Part shown: piece by piece, positions 48,466-61,105 of the stretch
How positions within the stretch are numbered: position 1 is the stretch's first letter
Layout: every line of letters starts with the position of its first letter
NCBI GenBank assembly: GCA_043228905.1
Contig: JBHGNT010000008.1
Span: 7,378,001-7,442,000 of the forward strand
Reading direction: 5' to 3'
DNA: 64,000 nucleotides
Source of the DNA: Azolla caroliniana
Lineage: Eukaryota; Plantae; Polypodiophyta
The notes under the pieces: model-generated
Told to the model about the DNA's origin: nothing
Databases searched by the model: none
Seen by the model: only the letters and a program-made list of their open reading frames with translations
Translations under genes and position numbers: made by a program

Positions 48466-51400
48466 ATGCCCAGCGCAGATGAGATGGAGCGAGGAGGAGG
48501 CGGTGGCGGCAGCGCCCCTCCCGAACGCGCCTCGCCCAACCGATCCTCCTCCCCAGATGGAGGCGCATTGCGCGCTGCTTGGGTCTGGGTCCTCCGCCGG
48601 AGGGAGGTGATCTTCAGCATGATGGGCCTCGCCATCGTCGTCTTCACCCTCCTCTTGGCACGAGTCAATGACACGCTCCTTCTCGTCACGCCCACCGGTG
48701 AATCCATCGCATTCCCTGATGCGGAATCTAGCTTTTGTAAGCTCTTTCATCCCCTCCTGCCCTTCCCCTTCCCTTGCCTCTCTTTTCCTTGTTGTTTCCT
48801 GATCCTTACTTAACAATTAAATCCATTTTTAATGTATGCATGTATTAAATAAAATACATATTCACTCATATGCTTGTTGCTCTAATTTCATGGTGCCATC
48901 AGAGCCTTCATTTGTATTGTGCCTGTTACGCCATTTTATGACGCCATTGAGTCTTCGTTCGTATTGTTTATGATGACTCTGGTGGTGTATAAATGTTGTT
49001 ATGAGTACTCAAAAGCACTCAATTAGGAAAAGAAATTAGGTCCATTACCTCCTGCAGATCGGTCCCACTCTGGAGAGCTATTGACCAGGCATACTTGAAA
49101 TCATTACTTTAACGGAGTCAATTAACGGAGAGAGATTGGCATAAGCTGGTGGGATGCAATGTGTCATGGCTTATGAACATACACAAAGTCATTTTTTCGT
49201 GGATTTGTTTAGGCCTAGCATGTGGACAACCATTAACCATTTGATCAGTCACACTCTAGATAGATATGGTTTGAGTAAACATGAAATCATTACATTAATG
49301 GAGTCAATTAGCTTTGGATAGCTACCACAATCTCAATAGGTATGTCTTGGATATGGAACCTATATATAGGTTTATTGACCCCATTTGAAGCTATTACATA
49401 GAGTTCAAAGGCATGGTATATCGATGTTAATAGCATACATGTAGTCAAACACTAAGGGAGACAAATTGTGCAGAGATGGACCCCATGGTTCTCGAAAAGC
49501 CATTGACCACAGTCTGGATATGTACAATTCGCGCATAATCAGTAAATATAGGTCTTTTGACTTTATTGCTTGCTTCACCTCTCGCAGGTTCTGAGCAATG
49601 AGATTTGGCTTCACCTCTTGCATAATGTGGATGCCACTGAAAGATGTTCTCCCTTGAGCTTTTGTTCTGATTGGCAATTCTTTTGGAAAACTTCTAGTAG
49701 CAGATCCAGAGGTTACTGACCAGTGATGCCTCTGGATTCGGGAAGTTTGACCACTTCGTCATTTGGTATGGAATCCAGGAGAGTGGATGTGGGTCTCTGA
49801 TGCATATGAATGTGCTGTTCACTCTTTTTTTGCCTGGATGGTGGATTTAGATATTTTGATTGGTCAGGAGGGTACTGCGCTTATTTCAGACTTGACCATG
49901 TTTTTCTTAGTTATTTTGTGGGCTTACATCTCGTCCTTCACTGGCAGATTGGGCTTGTAGGATTACCATTAGACACATGGCCAGTATAGTTGATATTGGA
50001 ACATGATCCCCAGTGAGGTAGATGTGATAGACATGTGCCAGATTTGCAGGTAACTGCTTGTGACTCTCATACATTTTGTGGATGGATATTCCCCCTAATG
50101 TGATGTGGCATGAGTCTCATGCATGCGCATGTAGTGTGATATGCTGTGAGTCTTTTACTATCCTAGGCTGCTGCACACAAGTTACATCTTTTGGGGAACA
50201 GTGCTGTCGCAGATCAAGAATTCATTTACACTGTGATCCATTTCAGGGTATTCCTTAACCATTCTAGACATGGTGCCACCACGACTGGGAGTATCATCAC
50301 AGGGATACAATCTTCTGCAAAGTTCCAGGATCTCATTATTATATATCTTGAAGAGCTGGATCTCGCATGCTTGGGTCTGAGTGCCAGACTAGATTGGAAA
50401 CGTAGGTCATTATTTGATCTGATCTGATCGTACTTTGAAGAGCAAGTCGGATGCATCACCTGGTTCTTCCAAGGCATTTGACGTACTTCAACTACAGTGA
50501 TGACGTACAATGATAGTGTATGCCATCACTGTAGTTATTTTACATGGTGCATCTCAGTTTGGCTACAGCGATTTTTGGTTTCCTCAGAATTAAGCCACTA
50601 TATTAATCTGAATTCTTGTACAGACATGTATCATTTTCTTGAGTTAGTCTATAAAATCTATAACGAAAATTAGGAAAGATAGTGTCTGTTATGGGATTCT
50701 TCAGTATCATCAGTTGCAAAAGGGTCTTTTATTTCAGGAAATGCCTGGGTAAGTTATTGAATTACATTTCCAAAACTGTGTCACGAATGGGAGTTTCATA
50801 TGGCGACTTGAAATATAACTTCGGTTTATGTATATATTAATTTACATAAAATGCAACATTAATAGTGAATGTTATCTCACTGATTTTCAGCACGAAGAAT
50901 TTCTGGTGCTGGTATTGTAGGAACATTGTCTGCAGCAAATCCTCCAAGTGCTTGCATGCCTATTCCAACAGTTGAAAGAAAAAGATCAAACTTTCCCACC
51001 TTTCTTCTAGTCGAACGTGGTATTTGCAGTTTTTTGACAAAGGTACAGAATGCCCAAGATGCAGGCTATGCGGCTGCCATTGTGTATGACAATCTGGATG
51101 GCCATGATTTAATTACAAGTAAGTAACTTGGAAAGGATTAGTTTTCTATCCCGTAAGACCTTAGCAGTCCAGTCAATGTTTTGGAGGTAACTTATTTTGT
51201 CTAACCTCATCCTATAAAGTTAAAATGACCCAACCTTTTTGTCATCATTTACCATGTACTGTAATTTTTTTTAAATGATGGCATATCACGCATAGGCCAC
51301 ATACTGTATTCTTTCTTTGCTGCATTTGTAGTCTTGGTATAGCTAGGATTTGACAACTCTCTAGGATGTTTTATCATATCTAGGCCATGCACTGTGTATT

Positions 51401-54005
51401 CTTTTCTTACTTGTATAGTCTTGCTAGTAGTGGAGTGTTTACCGATGCTCAACCTAAAGTACCTTCTGCAGTACGGCTTTGCTATCTATGCAGATCGATG
51501 GAAGAAACTTCTTAAGAGTACATAATGCAACAACTGTACGATATATAGTTGAACTTGTTTTTGGCTTGAAAATGTTTAGAGAGAAAAGCAGCTTAATATG
51601 TTACTTTAGAGCTGATGTTGGCGAAATACTTAAGTTATTGTCTAGTGAACCATGCGTGCACTAATCTGGAATGTGCATTCAGTCCACAAATCCAGTCAAA
51701 GATAAAGGGAAGTGACTGGCATGCATTGGTATGCCATAGGAACAAATGCATGGAGCTGTGCAGTGGGTCATTCCCATGAATGCGTACTATCTATGTAGAT
51801 ATTGGTGCATCATGGTTGGTGCAAGTTCCCATTAGAAAAAAAGTTACAAAGCTGTAGTTTTTATGCATTGATGGATGAACTGTTGTACAATGGCACCAGT
51901 ATTTAAAACTTGCTCTATCCAAAGATGACTAATGCTGATGATCATGTTCTCATGTATGTCGGGTATTATTGAGTATGTTGGGTACAAATTCGTACTTGAA
52001 ACACAGTTTATTATTATTAACCTTCTAAGGCTTCAGTTTCTATTAATGGATTAAATAAGTTGTTGCACTAGAATGGAGCTTACTTTATCTTAGATGGCTT
52101 AATTTGATGATTTTGTTCCTCATTATGTATGACACTTGAGTGTCTAGGTATTGTTCATCTTGTTGGGTACATGCTTATGATAGAAACACAACTCTTTTTA
52201 ACCATTTATTTCTCTGGATGAGTTTAATGCCTACTTCAGAATGCAACTTGCTTAATCCTAATTGTGATTGCAGTGGCTGGGGATGCATCTAACATCGATA
52301 TACCTGCTGTTTTCATCACAAGAGAGTCTGGCTATGTGCTCTCACAATTTATAGATGATAAGGATGTGAGATTGTATCTGCTACCAGCACTAGAAAGTAG
52401 TGCTTGGCCAATTCTTGCGATTTCATCGATTTCTTTGCTCACACTTTCAGCTTTATTGTCTACATTCCTTTTTGTCCGGAGGCAGCGGCGTAGACGGGCT
52501 ACATTACGAATGCTCCAAGAACCCACTGGGTTGAGTGATGAGGAGGTTAAAGCTCTTCCGACAGCCATTTACAATAAAAAAGACATTACAAGCCCTGAAA
52601 CTTGTACTATTTGTCTTGAGGAGTTTGTGCCTGGAGATAAGCTTCGAATGTTGCGATGCAACCATGGTAAGAATATTGACAACAATCTATTTTTGTGGAT
52701 GATTTATTTATTTGATATTGGATGAAATGGCTACGGATAAATTTCATATCGCATGAACTGGAGAAACATATTGATTTTCATATCGGCAACTGTCTATCCT
52801 TTGGGATTATATGCATTTGACATTCGATTTGATTGATTCTGGTAATTGATTCTTCAACGTAATTTCATATTCACAATAATCTATTTTTTGTATGATTTAT
52901 GGTTTTGATATTTGATATAAAATGGAGTAACATATTTATTTGGTATTGACAGCAACTTGTCTTTTTGAACAATTTACATTTGATATCTTTTCAATTGCTT
53001 TGGTTACTTGTGTTTTGTAGAAAACCGATTCATATATTGATTTTGGCAGGTTTTCATGTAGCTTGTATTCATCCATGGTTGATTCGGAGACCCTTCTGTC
53101 CGGTTTGCAAAAGGGATGCATATGAGAGGGGTACTGAAGGAGACCCTTCTGAAAGTACTCATCTGATTTCAATGAACTGGCATGCAGATTCAAGTGGATC
53201 TGAAGCTCGAAATGTGCCCAACAACACTCCAGGTAGGTCTTGTGATGATATCTATGAGTTTTTTTATTAGAATGGTTATGCTTTTCTTTTTAGTTGCATA
53301 GGAGGGAAGGAACAATTATATTTTGGGTCTCTTGATCAGCATGGTTATGTTGGTTTAGTTGTGAAATTAAAAGCTCAAATGAGAATGTGGTTTTGGGTCT
53401 CTGATCAGCGTGACATGTTTATTTATTTATAGTTGCAAAGGTAAAGCCCAAGAGAAAATGATGTATATTGGATATTTGATTAGCATAATTATGGTTTTTT
53501 CATTTATAAAATTAAAGCCCAAGAAAATTATATCTTGGTTGGGTTCTTGACATGAATATGATGTTTTTGTTGCAAAACTGAAAACCCAAGAATACTATGG
53601 AAATTTTTCTTTTCTTTTAACTACGAAGTTGAAAACTATGAGAATGATATTTGGGGTTTTTGATGAACATGCTATAGTCACAAAATTAAAGCAAGCCCAA
53701 GAGAGAAGGACATTTTGGGACATTCTTTTTCCTTTGGTTGCAAAACTAAAACCAAGAGAAATATCTTTCTGGCTCTTTATCTGCATGACTCTGTTTTTTC
53801 TTGTTTTATTTCGAGGACTAATTACAGAATTGAACCAATGACCGCGAGGTTGTCAAGCATAAGCCATTTTATATGTTCCAATGTATGTATAAAGGGAATG
53901 CTCTGGCTTCATTGCATTATCACAGAATGCTTTATTTCCTTGTTGCTCTTGTTTCAAGATCTGATTATCTTTCTTGCTTTGTTTATTGCAGGTGATATTT
54001 GCTAA
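48466..54005 (+). CDS. RMR: PA-domain/transmembrane/RING-H2 protein (RMR-type vacuolar sorting receptor / E3 ligase), 5 exons
   Basis: Exons 48466-48736, 50891-51118, 52274-52666, 53050-53232 and 53992-54005 have GT-AG introns in phase. PA domain (LVERGICSF..KVQNAQDAG..AAIVYDN, IPAVFI), TM helix, RING-H2 CTICLEEF...CNHGFHVACIHPWL...CPVC. Confidence 0.92.
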
Positions 54006-57000
54006 ATAGCTGGAGTCGGGACCTCATCTTCGTAAATTGTTTGGGAAAACATTTATGTGCATATGTGTATATGATACCACATGTATCTTGGACATACTTT
54101 AGTGAAAGTCGAAACTAGTAGTAACATCATATCATATCATATCTATTCTATTCTAATTCTTTCCAAGATCACACATATCATGTAAAATAAAATTGAGCCT
54201 GGCCGTATTTTGGGTCTATGAATGTCTCGTTTTCTTTAGGCCAGAAAGCCCAAACTAGGAGCAACCTATTATTAAATGAAACTTTGTTATCATCTACGTG
54301 ATGCCGTGTATGATGGAACCCATGGCATTTCTTGACTCTTATATATTGATTATGTACAATCCTTCTTTATTTCGATTAAACAACTAAACTTCCCAATGTT
54401 GAAGGTAGAACCGATTGAGTTGGTTGCACCTATCTAACAAGAACTACTAGTTTCTCTTGCATATGTTACATAAGATCCCAACTCAATCTGTATGATTGGA
54501 TGTGAGGAATTCATCAATCCCCTTGTTTTGGCCTTTGTGTTGGATTGATCACATGTAATTTGTAGTCTCCAATTACATTGGATGTATTCCAGTTAAATCC
54601 ATTTGCTGTTGCATTCTTCATCGACCAATATTTGCAGAGAACTGGTCAGAACTAAAGATTATTGGAAGCTAACCTACAAAAATTGATGTGAAAACTTCAT
54701 TATAGTGTTATTTTAGTGACTCCAATGTCTCTGGTGGATGTGCATGTGCGTGGATGCATTTTTTTTGCATGGGTACAACCTTGTGCTTTGTGAACAAAAT
54801 GAGTATATTGCAATCATTGTATGTGGTTGACCTATTATGATTCATATACGAGGGATTTTGTATGTTTTGAGTTTGAAACTAGAGAGTGGAGTATTGGTCT
54901 TTTGTTTGTAATTCATTTTTTAGTGGATTTTCACTTCACATTGATGTTTCTCTCTAGAAATGTTAATGTATAAGATTACAAAGTGTACACTCACTCTAAA
55001 TTGTTGGGACAGTAATGCAGCTATATGTATTTTTGGTTTAATGTCCCTTTAGATTTGAGATTGTAGGGTCCAACACGAGCAACATTCTCTTGTATGCACA
55101 TGAATGCTACAATTGGATTTTCTATGTTTGGGAAGATATTTCCTTGTCAAAATATATTTGTTTTATAGTTGGTGAAAGCATGGAAATGGGAACAACTTTT
55201 AGTTGTTGTTCACATAGCTTATTAGCTAATGCAAAAGCTATATGCAAAAGTTAGTTGATTGGCCTTTATAGCCATTAGTAATTTGTGATCTCAAAATAAG
55301 GGCATAAATAAATGTTTAGGGCATAATATAATGTTAGACTAATAGATTCTAGGTGGATTCAATGCCCCATTATGCATGGTCAATCACCAAGGTAATGTTT
55401 GTGGCATCTTGAAGTTCATGTTGGTCTTGTCTAATCCTTCATTGTTACTCCTTCCTGCCATTGTTCTTGTATGTTGTAGGTTTGCCTTTGTATATATCTT
55501 CATGCCATCACGTCTTGCTCTTCCTCACCATCGTCTTGATCTTGTCTGTGTGTTTGCATATGCAAAGATATTGCCACTTTTGCACATTCCTTGTTCTTTC
55601 TCATCATTCTTATTTATTGCATATATCTCCTCTATACATGGGGTTGTTTTCATTACTCCTTCCTACCATCACTCATGTTTGTTGTTTAAATCAACTTTGT
55701 TGAGATCTTAGTTGTCTATTCACTTTGTTGATCCTACCCTTTACACTTCCCTTCTTTTATTTTTACTTGCTTCTCCCTACCAACTCATGAATGCCATGTT
55801 TTTGATGCTATATAGATCATACATGATCACTTGACCTCCATTGTGGTGGCAACCAAAATCCTTCGTCCTTGCAAACTTTGCTCACTCACCAAGGTAATGG
55901 TTGTGCCTCTCCGTTTTGTTCCTTTCTCTTGCTTGTGGTCATCTTTTAATTAGTTAGGAAACATTCATTACTTTCGTACTTCTATGTATGATTCTTCTTT
56001 TTTTATCTGTCAAGGTTTATTAATGGAAAGTGATCATGAGGGTTTATAAATGACTCTCATGAATCTTATCGAAAGGGATATGGCCATTAGTAGACAAATA
56101 TGAGGGTCATGTTGTTTCTCACATTCTTAATGTACCTCACGTATTTGTGATCTATGAAAAGTTTCATTTGTAATGATCAATTAGTTATTCTTCTTTGGCC
56201 TTCAATAGCTAACAACTAATTTAACTATTATTTATCTTTTAGGTATTTATGCATAGTGATTTGTTCACTTCAACATAACTAGGTAACATCATTAATAATA
56301 AATATAGATCAATTTTAAGTTATTTAAATTATTGTGAAATAATTAAATTAAGTATTAGTTAATAGCCTTCTAGTTATCATTCTCTAACTACTTACTAGAC
56401 CTGTATATCATTTGGCTACTTAGCTAATAAACTATTCGTTGTCAATTGGGTAGTTAGCTCCTTATTAACAAAAACCAAATAACCTAAATTGGCTAATAAG
56501 ACAAGGTCACTTGTTATTAGTACTCTTAATGATTAGTTATATAATTAAATGGCTATATTAACTATTAACCACAACTATCTAGCTAATAGCTAACAAATGA
56601 ATATCATGTGAAACATATCTTATGAATCAATAGACCAAAAAAAGAGCAAAAAGGAAGGTGAATAGATTGGATAGAAGAACATGATTCTCTTTAACGAGCG
56701 GCTTATAATCAAGATAAGTATAGCCAATATACCACAGACATCCCATATTGATTGGATATTAGGATGACTATTACCTTGAAAGAGATAACATGATTGTAGC
56801 GAACAAAAACAAAAACAACTAAGATCAAATACAACAATGAATACTATGTCATCTAGTTACAAAGTTACGTTATAGCTTGTATATTAACCCCTAACTCTTT
56901 GGTCGTGTTCACACTAGGATACAAAGTGGATGGAGTCGACTGGTTATGCCCACACATCTTGCCTTGGTCTCTGTGCGTTCTTTAAGACCTGTACTTTCTA

Positions 57001-58039
57001 TTTCAAGCTCAGTGCTTTCTTGTTGTTTCAGTTTGCATGTCGACAACATGGCATTAATCGATCATGTTATGATGGATAATGGTGGACAGGGATCCCAAAT
57101 CGTTGCGTTGTTTCAATTTAGTTTTTTTTCATTTCACAAAACAGAGATACTAAGCCGGAAGTATCGACCCAAGTTCCGAGGACGATTCTTCCTTCCCTTC
57201 ATCTTGCATTTCCCGAAACGGCTCCACTTTGGCTTGTAGTGACCATCCATTGGTTTCAACCATCCTTTCCACATTAGACACCAATAGCAATCCAGATCAA
57301 CTACACTGCCGATCGGTTCGTCACACAAAGAGTTATGCAAAACTTAAGGAAATACACGATTCATTAACACACATTATTACAATGTACATGCCCCTTTTTA
57401 TAGGTAAACATGTGAGATTACATAAGCCGTCATTTCGGATCAGCATTTCTATTCAAACACTAACCCTAATTGACAAATCTATTCGTAATATAACTATACG
57501 TATTATAAAGATTGTAAATGTGAACGTGCGGAAGCGTATTACAAACCGGCTCTACCGGATAGCAACAGTTAGAGAGGAAGTCTTCCAGTATAAAAGACAC
57601 CGGTGATAGCAGAGAGCATGGAGGAGCTGTAAGTTCCCCCTGGCGTAACGTGTTGGCCATCTTCTTCTGAGATTGCAGGAGTCGTTCTTTATTTTTTCCT
57701 CTGTGCCCTTCAACAACTCAGTAAAAAGGGTCCAACATTAATATGTCCCTTTCTCTGAAATGGGCACTCTTATTTTGTTGCCCTTTCAAACCAACGAGAA
57801 TGCATATCGTCAAGTTCCATAGTATGAACCATATGTGCATTTCGCATTCGCGAATGTTTCAATCATTCGTGTAAGGAAAACACCTCGTAGAATGATAAAT
57901 ACCATACTTTTGGATTAAATATTTATTATGAGGTAAATAAGCCTAAAAAATAGAAAAAAAACATTAAAAAAATGGGAAAAAAACAAAAACAGAAAACAAT
58001 TTGAATAACATTCGCATTTGTTTTCCAATGTAGGAAAAC

Positions 58040-58400
58040 AAATGTTATGCTAGACGAACATGAATTTGACGTACTATGTCGTCAACTATTACATTTAGAG
58101 GGGCCATCAACTACTACTACTACTACTGCTACTACTACTACTACTACACCAAATGGGTCAAAGAAAACGGTTACCACACCAAGTGGGTCACAACAAAAGC
58201 CTCGCGCAACAAAGACGTGGACTCAAGAGCTCAGCTCAGTTCCTCGCTAGACATATTTTCTGCAAATTCGGGCGGCCTATTAAAGTAGTGAGCAATCAAG
58301 GAGAATGCTTAAATTGTCAAGACTCAATAGCATGATTCCAACATCTCACTGAATGGTATGTTATCGGGGCATCCTTGCTTAACACCCATACTGTTAGTGA
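58040..58400 (+). mobile_element. Gypsy integrase remnant
   Basis: YYTKWV and FLARHIFCKFGRPIKVVSNQG align by eye with the element C integrase (DYCTKWVEA...FLYEYIWCRYRCPIELISDQG). Confidence 0.7.
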
Positions 58401-58419
58401 AACAATTTTAAATTCCATC

Positions 58420-58800
58420 ACTTTTACATGCACACGACATATAACCTTCTTGGCATAGATTCAAGAACTTTCAAGCATATATTGAAGAGGTACCATATCA
58501 AAAGCTTTCACGAAGACCATGCAATAACAATATGAAACCTTACCTCTCAAAGGCTTTCTTCCATTAACATTCAAAGAGTGGCGAGGTGGTCGATGGTCCT
58601 ATGGTGTTCTCGAAATACCTCTTACGTCTAATCAATGCTAGTGTTGTGGTGAGAGGGAGGGAGGGAGAATATCTCATTTTTTCTCCAATTGTTGCAAAGG
58701 GGCACCGTTTCTATAGGTTTATTATAAGATGTTCAATAGCAAGATCTATTTGGACATTTATATTCCCAACATAAGCTTTTGATCCAACTTGAATGCCAAA
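58420..58800 (-). mobile_element. RTEX-like LINE RT fragment
   Basis: Reverse complement matches ~28260-28600, e.g. GCTTTTGATATGGTACCTC (KAFDMVP). Confidence 0.7.
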
Positions 58801-60171
58801 ACCCCCTTTCCAATGGGTGTTAGCTTGAGGTTAAGTTGGGTTGCCAAGATCCTTTATAATTGGGGATTATGGCATAATCAGAGTATGTGGAATGCTTTAC
58901 TTTCTTTGCTCAATGTGGAAGTTCAAAGACTTGTTTGATGCTTAAAAGGCATATTGGTATGATAATTCTCCTTCGTCGAACTTCTAGAAGGCTGACCCAA
59001 GTTTAACTAGATGATTGTAGGCTTAAAATCATATCTGGAATTTGCATTGGCCGTAAGGTAATGGAATAGGTCCATCTAGAGGAAGAAGAGGGGGTTCGCT
59101 TGATATTGCACACCCCCATCCAATATAGTTATACATTTTGTGATTAATACAATTACTACTTACGAAGAAAAGAGGGAAAAAAGAGAGAGAATATCGTGGT
59201 GAACTACCTTCATGAGATTAGAGAATCGATATTTGACCAATAGAAAGGCACAAGGATACTTTTTGAGAATTTGGGAAACATCCTACATTTTTTTTCTCAT
59301 TTGCTAGAGAATTGGTGGCGTGTTCATCCACTAGAGAATTTGTGGTCTTTGTAATCACACCGAAGCAAAAGCAAAAAGGGAATGGTAATGTGGAACCACG
59401 AACAGAGAAATATATATTTATTTAAAAAAAAATGCCATGTAGATAGTGAGATGTTGACATGGGTTGCCATGTATGTAATCATCAAGAAGTACAATTTTTG
59501 CCAATTCATCCTCAACCCTTCAATTTGGAATTCCTGGGCCCTTATGAAAGAGACTAGCCTCATCATTAATATGTGCATCGAAAGTAAAACAAATACACAA
59601 GAGAGTGAGAAGGAGTCAAGAACATGATGGAAACATTTTTTCGACCCTATACACAAACACTAAAACCACTTTTTTGAGTACCTCGTAAATTGATTATAGA
59701 GCTAATTTCCCTACCATTGGCTCAGTTGGTTTGGTCCATGAAGAAGGCAACAAATGCAAACTGAAGCTCATTCACATGGAACAACGAATGGAGGAAAATG
59801 CTTTGAATCAATTGTAAGGTTGTCGATGACACTTTAGGTTTTTTTTTTTTTTTTTCCATTGGGCACATAGTCACTAAAGAACAAGACCCCAATGCCATGT
59901 ATGCAAAGACGATGGCACGAACGTGGAGCCAATTGGATTGGGGTGAATTCTTGTTTTCACATTCACCACAATATAAGGATATGCACATAAGTGCAAGGCA
60001 TACGAGACATGGTATAAATTTCGGAAGGATTGCATTGTGACCGGCCGTGCCGGGCACATTCATTCATTCGAGGGGCGTGTGGCATGTGGCGAGTGAGTTG
60101 TAAGTGAGAAAGGATGAGGGAATGTGAGAGAGCAAGACAACGGGGGAGTGAGGCGTCCTTTGCTTTCGATC

Positions 60172-60543
60172 GTGTGTGTGTGTGTGTTCGGGATGGGTAT
60201 GTATGTATAATGTTATGTATGTATAATGTATGTATGTATGTATGTATGTATGTATGTATGTATGTGGGTATCAGATGCATGTATTTATATGGGTATGGTA
60301 TGGTACGCATGTATGTATGTATATATGGTATATGGGTATGGGTATGGTTGGTACGCATGTATGTATGTATGGTATAATATTTTATGTATGTATGTATGTA
60401 TGGGTATGGGTATGGTTGGTACGCATGTATGTATGTATGGTATAATATTTTATGTATGTATATATGTATGGGTATGGGTATGGTTGGTACGCATGTATGT
60501 GTATGTATGGTATAATATTTTATGTATGTATGTATGTATGTAT

Positions 60544-60580
<37 letters not shown>

Positions 60581-60588
60581 ATTGTATG

Positions 60589-60631
<43 letters not shown>

Positions 60632-60640
60632 GGTATGGTA
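60172..60640. repeat. Compound (TATG)n/(TATGGG)n/(TATATG)n micro/minisatellite
   Basis: Directly visible; includes three copies of a ~65-70-bp higher-order unit containing GGTTGGTACGCATG...GGTATAATATTT. Confidence 0.9.
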
Positions 60641-60747
60641 AATATGAATTGTGGAGTGTGTGGTGATGAGGAGGGCCAGCGGAGCGAGTAGGAGGCTGGG
60701 GGCTGACGTGGAGGCGCGAATGGAGGGGGGAAGGGTCCAATCCTCCC

Positions 60748-60836
60748 GTCACGTCCACGTCGGCGCCTACGTGGCCGGTGGCGGACACGTGGCCGCTCCC
60801 GCCACGTGGCGGCCTCTCCTGCGCCCGGGCCTTATC
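60748..60836 (+). promoter_or_regulatory. Light-responsive promoter module of PsbS (clustered G-box/ACGT elements plus I-box-like CTTATC)
   Basis: CACGTC twice, TACGTGGC, GACACGTGGC, GCCACGTGGC and CCTTATC within ~90 bp, about 300 bp upstream of the ATG. Confidence 0.7.
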
Positions 60837-61105
60837 TTCTGCTTTGCCCCTTCCCTCTTCAAAAACTCAGACAAAAAAAGAAAAGAAAAGGAAGAAGAAG
60901 AAGAAAGAAAGAAAGAAAGAAGAAGAAGAAGAAGTACAGCAACAGTAACAGAAGAGAAGAGAAGAGAAGAGAAGAGAAGAAAGACTGTGGAAGCAGCAGC
61001 AAGCTCTCGCCATAGCCGCCAAGCTTTTTCCTTCCTTCCTTCCTTCCTTCCTGAATTTCCCTTGTGGAGAGGATACTGCAGTCGATACGCTCCCGCTCTC
61101 TCTAA

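Noticed and set aside
49560-49800. Possible L1 ORF1 relic in RMR intron 1 (IGNSFGKLLVADP)
   Set aside because: A single short motif; too degraded to call.
56900-57715. LTR-like segment ending TCAACA
   Set aside because: No matching 5' terminus with a TSD could be found.
59963-60788. Tyr/Val/Met/His-rich ORFs
   Set aside because: Translations of the TATG microsatellite.
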